Part shown: positions 33,822 through 43,701 of the stretch, in pieces
Layout of the letters: each line of letters begins with the position of its first letter
How positions within the stretch are numbered: the first letter of the stretch is position 1
Assembly: GCA_963806225.1 (NCBI GenBank)
Contig: CAWDXG010000004.1
Location: 1,184,001 to 1,248,000 of the forward strand
Direction: 5' to 3'
Source: an uncultured delta proteobacterium
GTDB taxonomy: Bacteria > Myxococcota_A > Polyangia > Polyangiales > Polyangiaceae
Length of the DNA stretch: 64,000 nucleotides
Program-made: the position numbers and the translations under genes
The notes under the pieces: model-generated
Databases searched by the model: none
Seen by the model: only the letters and a program-made list of their open reading frames with translations
What the model was told of the DNA's origin: nothing

Positions 33822-36561
33822 ATGCCGACCCGGCTGTTTCCGCCCGGCTGCCCCCGACGTGCTCTACGTCGTCGATCTGAGCGGGTACGTTTTCCGCGCC
33901 TACCACGCCATCCGCGAGCTCTCGAGCCCGAGCGGCGAGCCCACGAACGCAGTGTTCGGGACGGTCAACATGCTCGAGCGCCTGGTGCGCGAGCAGCAGC
34001 CCCACATGCTCGCCGTGGCCATGGACTCCGGGCGCGACACCTTCCGCCGCGAGCTCTATCCGGAATACAAGGCGCACCGCCCCCCTGCCCCGCCCGAGCT
34101 GAAAAGCCAGATCGCCCGCGTCGCCGAGATCGTCGACGCCTTCGCGATCCCGATCCTGCAGCAGCAAGGCGTCGAGGCCGACGACCTGATCGCCTGCGCG
34201 GTGCGCCGCGCCGCCGATGAGAACGTCAAGGTCGTGATCGTCAGTGCCGACAAGGATCTCATGCAGCTGGTCGGCCCCGACGTGGTGATGTGGGACACCA
34301 TGCGCGACCGCGTGTTCGGCGTGGACGAGGTCCAGGAGCGCTTCAAGGTGCGCGTCGACCAGGTGCGCGACCTGCTCTCGCTGATGGGCGACACCTCCGA
34401 CAACATCCCCGGCGTGCCCTCGGTCGGCCCCAAGACGGCCGCCGATCTCTTGAACAGCTACGACACGCTCGAGGGCGTGTACGAGCACCTCGACGACATC
34501 AAGCGCAAGAAGCTGCGCGAGACGCTGGAAGCGAACAAGGACCAGGCGCTGATGAGCCAGAAGCTCGTCACGCTCAAGGATGACTGCGTGATCGACTTCG
34601 ATCCGCACGCGCTCCGCTACGGCGGTCGCGACGTGGCGCGACTGCGCCTTCTGTACGCCGAGCTCGGCTTCCACCGCTTCATCGCCCAGCTCGACGCCGA
34701 GGCGTCGGCAGCGCCCGCAGCAGGCGCAGCGGGCCAGGCCGAGCCGCCTCCGCCGCCCGCAGCCATCGAAGCGAAGTATGAAGCGGTGCTCGACGCCGCC
34801 GAGCTCGAACGCCTCGCCGCCGAAGCGCAAAGAGCCGAGTGGCTCGCAGTCGACACCGAGACCGCGTCGCTCGGCGCGACCAGCGCGGCGCTGGTCGGTC
34901 TGTCGCTCTCCTGGGAGCCGGGCCGCGCGTACTACGTGCCCGTAGCGCATCGCTACATGGGCGCGCCGCCGCAGCTCCCGCTCGACAAGGTTCAGGAAGT
35001 GCTCGGTCCGCTGCTGTCCGCCGACAGCCCGAAGAAGACCGGGCACAACCTCAAGTACGACGACTGCGTGCTGCGCCGGCACGGCCTACCGCTCGGCGGC
35101 ATCGCCTTCGACTCGCGGCTCGCCGACTACCTGCTCGATCCGGAGCAGCGCCACGGCCTGAAGGACCTCGCCGAGCGCGAGCTCGGCGTGATGATGACGA
35201 ACTACGACCAGGTCACGCACAAGAGCCGCGGCCACCAGCTGGCCTTTGACGAGGTGCCGCTCGACGAAGCGACGCCCTACGCCGCCGCCGACGCCGATCT
35301 CTCGCTCAGGCTGATGCAGCGCCTCGCGCCGCGCGTCGCCGACGAGGGCCTCACGCGCGTCTTCGAGGAGATCGAGGTGCCGCTCAGCCGCGTGCTGGCC
35401 GACATGGAGATGGACGGCGTGCTGGTCGACACGAAAGTTCTTGGCGTGCTCGGCAAGCAGGTCGAGAAGGATCTGGAGCGGCTGGAGAAGGAGGCGCACC
35501 GCATCGCCGGCCGCCCCTTCAACGTCAACTCGCCGCGCCAGCTCGAGACGCTCTTGTTCGACGAGTGCGGCCTCAAGCCCATCAAGCGCACCAAGACCTC
35601 GCGCTCGACGGACGCCGCCACGCTGGAAGCGCTCGCCGATCAGCACGAGCTGCCGCGCGTGATCCTCGAGCTGCGCCAGCTCGCCAAGCTCAAGGGCACC
35701 TACATCGATACGCTGCCCCGGCTGGTCCACAAGGACACCGGTCGCATCCACACCTCGTGGGAGCAGGCGGTGGCCGCGACGGGGCGCCTCTCCTCCACCG
35801 ATCCAAACCTACAGAACATCCCCATCCGCACCGAGCTCGGCCGCTCCATCCGCAGCGCCTTCATCGCGCCGCCCGGCACCGAGCTGGTGAGCGCCGACTA
35901 CTCGCAGATCGAGCTCAGGGTGCTGGCGCACCTGTCGCAGGATCCGGTGCTGCTCGAAGCCTTCCGCACGGGACAGGACATCCACACGCGCACGGCGATG
36001 GAGATCTTCGAGCTCGACGCAAGCAAGCTCACGCCCGAACACCGCCGCCGCGCCAAGGCGGTCAACTTCGGCGTCATCTACGGCCAGGGCGACAGTGGGC
36101 TCGGCAAGAGCCTGGGCATTCCGCGCGCCGAGGCCTCGAGCTTCATTGCCGCGTACTTCCGTCGCTACGAGGGCGTGCGTCGCTTCATGGACGAGACGCT
36201 GGAGCATGCGCGCGCCGGCGAGAGCGTGCGCACGCTGCTCGGCCGCCGGCGGCTCCTGCCCGACATCCACAGCGGCAACCGCGCGCGCCGCCTCGCCGCC
36301 GAGCGCATCGCGATGAACACGCCCATCCAGGGCACCGCCGCCGATCTGCTCAAGCTGGCCATGCTTGCCCTCGCCGAGCCCGTCGCTCCCGGCGCGCGCA
36401 TGATCCTCACCGTCCACGACGAGCTCGTGTTCGAGGTCCCCGAAGAGCACGTTGAGGCCGCCATGGCGCGCGTCAAGCAGGCGATGGAGAACGTGTATCC
36501 GCTCGATGTGCCGCTCACCGTCGAGGTCGGCCACGGCGCAAACTGGAACGACGCGCACTAG
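33822..36561 (+). CDS. polA: DNA polymerase I
   Basis: 5'-3' exonuclease (VFRAYHA, EADDLI, DTSDNIPGV), 3'-5' exonuclease (VDTET, GHNLKYD), polymerase motifs (GRLSS, ADYSQIELR, AKAVNFG, IQGTAAD, VHDEL); probable ATG 33822 needs a frameshift repair near 33850. Confidence 0.97.
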
Positions 36562-36566
36562 TTTGT

Positions 36567-36679
36567 CTCCCGCCCACCCGCCCCCACCGGAGTCCTTCTC
36601 GAGGGGGCTCACCGGGCGGGCGGGTGCGACCGTCGCCCCGACGCGACTCGCTGCGCTCGCCGCGGCTCCGCTGTCGCTC
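36567..36679. repeat. intergenic dispersed repeat, copy 1 (REP/MITE-like)
   Basis: 44/48 nt identical to 37549-37596, and 36/44 nt identical in a second block to 37608-37651. Confidence 0.8.
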
Positions 36680-36816
36680 CGCGGCGTCCACCTGCATGCC
36701 TGTTCTGCTGGCAGATCCCAGCAGCGGGATCGAGGCTGCGGCTGACCGGCGACAGCAAGCGGTTGCCCAATCGGCTTCAATGACCTAGCGTTCCGGCCCC
36801 TGCGCGTGCCGAGCAC

Positions 36817-37539
36817 ATGAGCGAAGCGAGCGAAAAGCCCCGCATCTCGATCGTCATCCCCGTGTACAACGAGGAGGCGATCCTGCACGCGGCCATCGTG
36901 GATCTGCGCGAGCGTCTGGCGCCGCTGGGCTGGGCGTACGAGATCATCATCGCCGAGAACGGCTCTCGCGACCGCACCGTGCAGATCGCCCAGGAGCTCG
37001 GCGAGAAATACCCCGAGGTGCGCATGCTGTCGGCGGGCGAGCCCAACTACGGCAAGGCGCTCCGGCTCGGCATCCTCGACGCGCGCGGCGACATCGTGCT
37101 GTGCGAGGAGATCGACCTCTGCGATACCGGCTTCCACCAGCAGGCGGTCGAGCTGCTCGACTCGGGTGAGGCCGACATGGTCATCGGCTCCAAGCTGATC
37201 GGCGGCGCCGAGGACGACCGGCCCTGGGTGCGGCACGCGGCGAGCGTGTTCTACACCGGTCTGCTCCGCACGTTGCTGGGCTTCCGCGGCACCGACACCC
37301 ACGGACTCAAGGCATTCCGCCGCAGCGCGCTCGAGCCGCTCGTGCGCGCCTGCCTCATCGAACGCGACGTGTTCGCCAGCGAGCTCGTGATCCGCGCCTA
37401 CCGCGCCAACGTGCGCATCCGCGAAATCCCGGTGCGCGTGATGGAAAAGCGACCGCCCTCGATCAATCTATTCAAGCGGGTACCCAACGTGCTGCGCAGC
37501 GTCGCACGGCTGACCTGGGCGATCCGGGTCAAGGGATAG
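36817..37539 (+). CDS. GT2 glycosyltransferase (polyprenyl-phosphate glycosyltransferase/DPM1-like)
   Basis: ISIVIPVYNEE, ENGSRDRT, NYGKALRLG, DTHGLKAFRR. Confidence 0.88.
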   Translation: MSEASEKPRISIVIPVYNEEAILHAAIVDLRERLAPLGWAYEIIIAENGSRDRTVQIAQELGEKYPEVRMLSAGEPNYGKALRLGILDARGDIVLCEEIDLCDTGFHQQAVELLDSGEADMVIGSKLIGGAEDDRPWVRHAASVFYTGLLRTLLGFRGTDTHGLKAFRRSALEPLVRACLIERDVFASELVIRAYRANVRIREIPVRVMEKRPPSINLFKRVPNVLRSVARLTWAIRVKG

Positions 37540-37548
37540 GCTGGTCTC

Positions 37549-37651
37549 CTCCCGCCCACCCACCCCCACCGGAGTCCTCCACGAGGGGGCTTACCGCCCC
37601 TCGAGCACCCCGAGGCGATTCGCTCCGCTCATCGCGGGCTCGCTGTCGCTC
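37549..37651. repeat. intergenic dispersed repeat, copy 2 (REP/MITE-like)
   Basis: Matches copy 1; contains hairpins gagggg...cccctc and gcgat...atcgc. Confidence 0.8.
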
Positions 37652-37662
37652 GCCGGCTCCGC

Positions 37663-38325
37663 CTACCAGCGTTCGATGGGCCAGCTGCGGCGGCGGGCGA
37701 TGCGGCGCAGGCGGGCGTCGGGGTTGACGGTGACGGGGCGCTGCACGCGCTCGAGCAGGGGCAGGTCGGTGATGCTGTCGCTGTAGAAGGTAGCTGCCCC
37801 CAGCTCGAAGCCTTCGCGCTCGGCGATACGCTCGCTGAGCTCGATCTTTCCGGGGCCGTAGCACATGGGCTCGACCAGACGGCCCGTGAAGAGCCCCTGC
37901 TCGTCCACTTCCAGCTCGGTGCACACAACGTGTTCGATATCGAGCTCCCGCGCCAGCGGTCGCGCCGCGTAGGGCGTGGCGCTGGTGACGATGGCAACCA
38001 GGTCCCCGGCCTCTTGATGACGGCGCACGGCTTCGCGCCCCGCATCACACACGTGTTCGAGCACGTAGTCGCGGAACCACACCTCGCAGGACGCGATCAT
38101 GCTCGCCTCGTCGCGTCCGCGGTACCCCGCGAGGACCTTCCTCGCAACGCGCGGTGCGTCGATGACGCCGAACGTGTACTGCAGCAGCCACCAGGCCACG
38201 CGCGCCACGTCCAACGCCCCGACCTCGCCCACGTCGCGCTGGTAGCGGGTGTAGAGCGTGGCCGAGTCCTTGCGGATCAGGGTCCGATCCATATCGAACA
38301 GAGCGGCGCGGCGGGTTCTGGGCAT
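37663..38325 (-). CDS. HAD-superfamily subfamily IB hydrolase (SerB-like)
   Basis: ALFDMDRTL, IVTSA, GPGK, FYSDSITDLPLL, VNPD. Confidence 0.9.
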   Translation of the reverse strand: MPRTRRAALFDMDRTLIRKDSATLYTRYQRDVGEVGALDVARVAWWLLQYTFGVIDAPRVARKVLAGYRGRDEASMIASCEVWFRDYVLEHVCDAGREAVRRHQEAGDLVAIVTSATPYAARPLARELDIEHVVCTELEVDEQGLFTGRLVEPMCYGPGKIELSERIAEREGFELGAATFYSDSITDLPLLERVQRPVTVNPDARLRRIARRRSWPIERW

Positions 38326-38386
38326 GAACAGATTCGCGAGGTAGCGGAGTCGCGGGCAGTCGTCTACATGATGCCCTGGACCGACA

Positions 38387-40933
38387 ATGCAAGCCCTGCC
38401 CATCGATCCGCTGCTGCCCCGGCTCGTCAGCGAGCTATCCTCGGCGCGGGCGCTGGTGCTGGAAGCGCCGCCGGGAGCGGGCAAGACCACTCGCGTGCCC
38501 GGGGCGCTGCTGGACGCGGGGCTTTCAGGCTACGGCGAGATCCTGGTGGCGGAGCCGCGGCGGCTGGCCGCCCGGCTCGCGGCGCGGCGCGTGGCGTCGG
38601 AGCGTGGCGAAGCAGTGGGCCGGAGCATCGGCTACACGGTGCGCTTCGAGGATGTCTCGAGCCGACAGACGCGCATCCGCTACGTGACCGAGGGCGTGCT
38701 GGCGCGGCGGCTGCTCGACGACCCGACGCTGGAAGGGGTGGGCGCGGTGGTGCTCGACGAGTTCCACGAGCGGCACCTGGCGACCGATCTGTCGCTGGCG
38801 CTGGTCGCACGCCTTCAATCGGGCGCACGTCCCGATCTGAAGCTGATCGTGATGAGCGCAACGCTCGAAGCCGATCCGGTCGCGCGCTTCCTCGGCGACT
38901 GCCCGCTGCTCAGGAGCGAGGGCAAGCTGTTCCCGCTCACCTTCGAGCACCTGCCGCGGCCCGACGATCGCCCGCTGGAAAAGCAGGTGGCGAGCGCCGT
39001 CAAGCGCGCGCTCGCCGAGGAAGCGAGCGGCGACGTGCTGGTGTTCCTGCCCGGCGCGGCCGAGATCCGCCGCGCGGGCGAGGCGCTTTCGGCGACCGCG
39101 GAGCGCGAGGGGCTGCTCGTCCTGCCGCTGCACGGCGACTTGCCAATCGAAGCGCAGGCTCGCGCCGTCGAGCCCGCGTCGCAGCGCAAGGTGATCCTGA
39201 GCACCAACGTGGCCGAGTCGTCGGTGACCATCGACGGCGTGACGGCCGTCGTGGACAGCGGACTGTCGCGCCGCGCCTCGCACTCGCCGTGGACCGGCTT
39301 GCCGCGGCTGGAGCTGGCCAAGGTGAGCCGCGCCTCGGCGACGCAGCGTGCAGGGCGCGCGGGGCGCACGCGCGCCGGGCGCGTGCTGCGCCTGTACACC
39401 AAGGGCGACTTCGACACGCGGCCCGAGCACGACGCGCCCGAACTCTTGCGGTTGGATCTGTCGGACGCGCTGCTCGGCCTGCACGGCGCGGGCATCACCG
39501 ATCCAGCAGCCATGGCGTGGTTGGACGCGCCGCCCGCCGCGGCTCTGGAGGCAGCGGAGCTTCTTCTGGGTCGGCTCGGCGCGCTGGACGCGAAGGGCGC
39601 CATCACGGAGGTCGGGCGGCGCATGCTCGCCTTTCCGCTGCATCCGCGGCTGTCGCGCGTCGTGGTCGAAGCCGAAGCGCGCGGCGTGGCGGAAGAGGGC
39701 GCGCTGGTGGCCGCGCTGCTCGGCGAGCGCGATATCCGCAACCAGACGCGCACGCGCTTCGGCGGCCAGGCCTACGATGCGGCGCGCGAAGCGAGCGGGC
39801 CGTCGGACGTGCTGGAGCTCGTCGAGCGCTTCGACGAGGCGCGCGGCGCGCGCTTCGACCGGCAGAGCCTGCGCCAGATGCAGCTCGACGGACGCGCGGT
39901 GCAGGCGGTGGAGCGCGCGCGGCGGCAGATCGCGCGCATCGCGCGCGATCGCGGCGAGCGACCGGACGGACTGGACGGCATCGAAGAGGCGCTGTCGCTC
40001 GCGGTGCTGGCCGGCTTCGTCGATCGCGTGGCGCGGCGGCGCAAGCGCGGCGGCAGCGAGCTGACCCTGTCGAACGGCGCCGCGGCCGAGCTCTCGCCGT
40101 CGAGCGTGGTGCACGACGCGATGCTGATGGTGGCGGTCGACGTGGAAGAGCAGAGCGGGCGGCGCCGCGGCGGCGTCGTCAGAGTGGCCAGCGCCATCGA
40201 GCCCGAGTGGCTGCTCGACTTGCATCCCGATCTGCTGGAGATGAGCGACGAGCTCACATGGAACGCAGAAGCGGGCCGCGTCGATCGCGTGAGCCGCATC
40301 AGCTGCGGCTCGGTCGTGCTCGACGAGAGTCGCGCACCCGCGCCGCCGTCGGAGGAAGCGTCGCGCCTGCTCCTGCGCGCGGCGGAGGGACGCCCACTCG
40401 CCGCACACGACGCGCTGGAACAGCTGCGCGCGCGCATCGCGCTGGTGCGCGACAAGTGTCCGGAGCTCGGGCTCGACGAGCCGCCGGACAACGCCGCGCT
40501 GCTCGCACGGGCGTGCGAAGGTCTGACGCGGCTCTCCGAGCTGGAACAGCTCGATCTCGCGGCGCTGCTCCGCGCCGAGCTGCCCGCGGCGCGGCGGCTC
40601 TCGGAGCTGGCGCCGGAGCGCATCACGCTGCCGGGCGGGCGCAGCACGGCCGTGCACTACGAGCCCGGCAAGCCGCCCTGGATCGCCTCGCGGCTGCAGG
40701 ATTTCTTCGGCATGGGCTTCGCGCCGCGCATCTGCGACGGCCGCGAGCCGCTCACGCTGCACCTGCTCGCACCGAACCAGCGCGCCGTGCAGGTGACGAG
40801 CGATCTGTCCGGCTTCTGGGAGCGGCACTATCCGTCGATCCGCCGCGAGCTGATGCGCCGCTACCCGAAGCACGCCTGGCCGGAGGACGGACGCAACGCG
40901 AAGCCGCCCGCGCCGCGCGGGCGCAGACGCTAG
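38387..40933 (+). CDS. hrpB: ATP-dependent RNA helicase HrpB
   Basis: APPGAGKTT, EPRRLAAR, DEFHER, MSAT, STNVAESSVT, QRAGRAGR, HrpB C-terminus LAPNQRAVQVT...RRYPKHAWP. Confidence 0.95.
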   Translation: MQALPIDPLLPRLVSELSSARALVLEAPPGAGKTTRVPGALLDAGLSGYGEILVAEPRRLAARLAARRVASERGEAVGRSIGYTVRFEDVSSRQTRIRYVTEGVLARRLLDDPTLEGVGAVVLDEFHERHLATDLSLALVARLQSGARPDLKLIVMSATLEADPVARFLGDCPLLRSEGKLFPLTFEHLPRPDDRPLEKQVASAVKRALAEEASGDVLVFLPGAAEIRRAGEALSATAEREGLLVLPLHGDLPIEAQARAVEPASQRKVILSTNVAESSVTIDGVTAVVDSGLSRRASHSPWTGLPRLELAKVSRASATQRAGRAGRTRAGRVLRLYTKGDFDTRPEHDAPELLRLDLSDALLGLHGAGITDPAAMAWLDAPPAAALEAAELLLGRLGALDAKGAITEVGRRMLAFPLHPRLSRVVVEAEARGVAEEGALVAALLGERDIRNQTRTRFGGQAYDAAREASGPSDVLELVERFDEARGARFDRQSLRQMQLDGRAVQAVERARRQIARIARDRGERPDGLDGIEEALSLAVLAGFVDRVARRRKRGGSELTLSNGAAAELSPSSVVHDAMLMVAVDVEEQSGRRRGGVVRVASAIEPEWLLDLHPDLLEMSDELTWNAEAGRVDRVSRISCGSVVLDESRAPAPPSEEASRLLLRAAEGRPLAAHDALEQLRARIALVRDKCPELGLDEPPDNAALLARACEGLTRLSELEQLDLAALLRAELPAARRLSELAPERITLPGGRSTAVHYEPGKPPWIASRLQDFFGMGFAPRICDGREPLTLHLLAPNQRAVQVTSDLSGFWERHYPSIRRELMRRYPKHAWPEDGRNAKPPAPRGRRR

Positions 40934-41607
40934 TGGCGGAGCGGGCTGAAGAAATCGAAGCCGATCGAGAATACCTCCGTGGGGACGAACGCGTAGCCGT
41001 CGCCGGGATCGTTGTTCACGGGGAACCACAGGTTGTACTCGGCGAGGAAGCCCGCGGAGCGCCCGCTCCACTCGAACCCGACCGTGAGCTGGACCAGGCC
41101 GTCGCCCGTGTTCGCGCGCGGCGCCAACGACTCGCCGGACGCGGGCGTTACATCGAGCTTCGGCCGCGTGATCCAGTTGTCGGCGTACGTGGCCGCCAGG
41201 TACGGCTCGAAGCCCGGCGTCGCGCGATAGCTCAGGATAGCGCCCGCCATACCCATGAGCGTCCGCGTCTCGCTGCCGACCGCGAACCCCGCGCCCGCGC
41301 GCGGCGCCACCGCCAGCCGCTCGTGAGGCGCCAGCACGTCGACTTTCACGTCGGCGCGTCCGCCCATGTACATCCACGGCTGCAGACCGATATCGACGTG
41401 GGGGGCCAGGCCGATGCGCGGCGCTGCCTGCAGACTGACCGCGTCGAGCGTGGTGCGCCCGGCGACGCCCGACAGCTTGTTCGACACGCCGTTCAGCCCG
41501 AAGGCGGCCGCTCCCTTCCCCGGCGGTTCGGTGTGCGCGGTCTGCATCAGGCCGTAGCCGCCGCAGCCGCTGGTCGCGAGCAGAAGCCCGAAGAGCGCGC
41601 CGCGCAT
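40930..41607 (-). CDS. hypothetical lipoprotein, beta-strand rich
   Basis: Lipobox LATSGC; QTAHTEPPG motif; ATG overlaps the upstream TGA. Confidence 0.7.
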   Translation of the reverse strand: MRGALFGLLLATSGCGGYGLMQTAHTEPPGKGAAAFGLNGVSNKLSGVAGRTTLDAVSLQAAPRIGLAPHVDIGLQPWMYMGGRADVKVDVLAPHERLAVAPRAGAGFAVGSETRTLMGMAGAILSYRATPGFEPYLAATYADNWITRPKLDVTPASGESLAPRANTGDGLVQLTVGFEWSGRSAGFLAEYNLWFPVNNDPGDGYAFVPTEVFSIGFDFFSPLRH

Positions 41608-43616
41608 CAGCGCGACTCCAGCGCCTTCACGATATCGGCCTGGTTGTTGTACTTGTCGGCGATGGAGCGCAGCTCGTCGCGCGTGAGCGGCGGCTGGCTA
41701 TCCGGCAGCGCGATCTCCACCTGCTGCTCGACCAGGGTGTAGGGCTTTTCATCGATGAAGGAGCGGAACTCGCAGTCCGGGGTCGACACCACCTTCGGCT
41801 CGTAGCCCGGATAGAACTCTGCCTGGATCCTGAGCGCCTTGATGCCGAGAATGACCCAGTAGCGGACCTGGTTGTGGGTGATATCGTGCTCGATCGGCGC
41901 GATCACGCGCGGGTCGCGGGCAATGTCAGGATCGCTGCGCCACTTGGTGATCCAGTCGCGCGCGAAGGCCTCGGCTTTCCCGATGTCGACGTCGCTCTCG
42001 CCGGGATCGAGCACGGGCTTCATGCCGATCGAGCGCGCCGAAACGGCGTACAGGCCGTACAGGAGCTCGATCTTCTGCGACAGCTCGTCGCCGAGCATCA
42101 CCGGCGAACGCGTTCCGTCCTCGGTCATGCGTCCGCTCGAATCCAGGAACGTCTGCCCCATGCTGGCGACCAGAACTCCCTGCAGGAAGCGATAGGCGCG
42201 AGCCGTGCGCAGATAGAAGGTCGGGAACGGCTCGACCGGGAGCTTCGGGTAGACGTCGACCTGCTTCTGCGGCATGTAACCGGACACGTCCGAGCTCGAG
42301 CCCGTTTCCAGCTGCTTCACGTGCGTCTCGCGGCGCTGCGTGATCAGCGACTTGAACGTCTCGACCAGCTTCTCCTTGTAGCGCTTGGTCAGGAACAGAT
42401 GGTCCTTCTCCGGCGCCTTCTCCGGCACCAGCAGCGTCTCCAGAGCATAGAGCTGGCGGTCGTACCAGCCGGAGTCCGGCTTGGGCGTCAGGTCGACCTG
42501 CCCCGACCGGATGCGATCGATCAGCACGTCGATCAGGTTCTGGTCCTGGGGGATCGCGACGTCGCAGTACAGATCGCGGAACAGCTTCGTTTCCGGGCTG
42601 TCGGAGGCCGGCAGAAACGCCAGGTGCGCCGCGCACTCGGGCGTGCCCTGCATCTCCGGATGCTGCGACTCGAAGGTGCTCTGGATCGACGACAGGTTGC
42701 CGAGCGCGCTCGCGTCAGGCACGAGAGGCGCGAGAGCGGTGGGCGGAAGGTGGAAGTACGGATTGGTCAGACCCGCGTACAGACCGAGCACGGACTTGTA
42801 CTGCTGCGTGATGGCAGGCGCGCCGTTCAGCGCCACCGCCGTCTCTGCGTACGGGCCGAAGCCGGGCCGCACACTGTCGTAGCTCTGCAGGAAGCGGTCG
42901 CGCCGGAAGATGCCGGAAAGCTCCTTGTTCCAGGTGTAGAAGCCGATCGCTCGCGAGGTGAGCGGGTCGGCATTGAACTTGGCGAGCAGCGACTGCGCCA
43001 GTGACGCAATGCCCGACGGCAGAGCCGGCGAGCCGCCCCCGGCGAGGATCGCCGCGCCAATCTGTGCAGCAGCGTCGCTGGCCAGCGGCTGCTCGGTCGC
43101 TGTGCCGCTCGAGGCTCGCGTGACGAGCTCCGCCAACAGATTCTTGAACAGGGCGGCCTTGTTGATGGGCGAACCATCGCTGCCGTCCTCGGCGGCGAGC
43201 TCGACAGCCGCGTACAGCCCGTCGTCGAACGGCTTGAGCGCGCCGTTGATGACCTCCATCGACGGCATCACGGGCCGCTGGCCGAGCGCGGTGAGCGCCG
43301 CGGTGCGGTTCCGGAAGATGCGGTCCTTCAGCGCGGCGTCGCTCTTCGCCCAGGGCAGCACGTCGAGCTTCGTGACCGAGGCGCTCTTGTTCAGCGTGAC
43401 CTCGCAGCCGTCGAAGTCCTCGGTGATGGTCAGATTCGGGTCGAAGACCGGGTGCTTGTCCTCGATCTTGTCGTCCGTGATGGCCGGAGGCTTCTTGGCG
43501 GTGGATTTCTGCGTGACCACCTCGTCCATGCCGAACACGTCGAGCGGGTTCGCGCACCCCGGCGAGAGCAGGACCACTGCACCGACAATCCCGATTCCGA
43601 CGAGCGAGACCCGCAT
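41607..43616 (-). CDS. large hypothetical lipoprotein
   Basis: GGAGG RBS before ATG 43616; lipobox LSPGC; 669 aa with strong GC3 codon bias. Confidence 0.8.
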   Translation of the reverse strand: MRVSLVGIGIVGAVVLLSPGCANPLDVFGMDEVVTQKSTAKKPPAITDDKIEDKHPVFDPNLTITEDFDGCEVTLNKSASVTKLDVLPWAKSDAALKDRIFRNRTAALTALGQRPVMPSMEVINGALKPFDDGLYAAVELAAEDGSDGSPINKAALFKNLLAELVTRASSGTATEQPLASDAAAQIGAAILAGGGSPALPSGIASLAQSLLAKFNADPLTSRAIGFYTWNKELSGIFRRDRFLQSYDSVRPGFGPYAETAVALNGAPAITQQYKSVLGLYAGLTNPYFHLPPTALAPLVPDASALGNLSSIQSTFESQHPEMQGTPECAAHLAFLPASDSPETKLFRDLYCDVAIPQDQNLIDVLIDRIRSGQVDLTPKPDSGWYDRQLYALETLLVPEKAPEKDHLFLTKRYKEKLVETFKSLITQRRETHVKQLETGSSSDVSGYMPQKQVDVYPKLPVEPFPTFYLRTARAYRFLQGVLVASMGQTFLDSSGRMTEDGTRSPVMLGDELSQKIELLYGLYAVSARSIGMKPVLDPGESDVDIGKAEAFARDWITKWRSDPDIARDPRVIAPIEHDITHNQVRYWVILGIKALRIQAEFYPGYEPKVVSTPDCEFRSFIDEKPYTLVEQQVEIALPDSQPPLTRDELRSIADKYNNQADIVKALESR

Positions 43617-43701
43617 TGTCCGCCTCCCGAAAAGCAAGAGCGCGCAGCCGCGCGCCAAGGGGAAGTGTACCCCTCGGGAACGGGGGGTCAAACGCGAGCC
43701 G

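Noticed and set aside
37930..41742. 1270-aa plus-strand and 950-aa minus-strand ORFs over hrpB
   Set aside because: Alternative-frame and antisense shadows of hrpB with no motifs.
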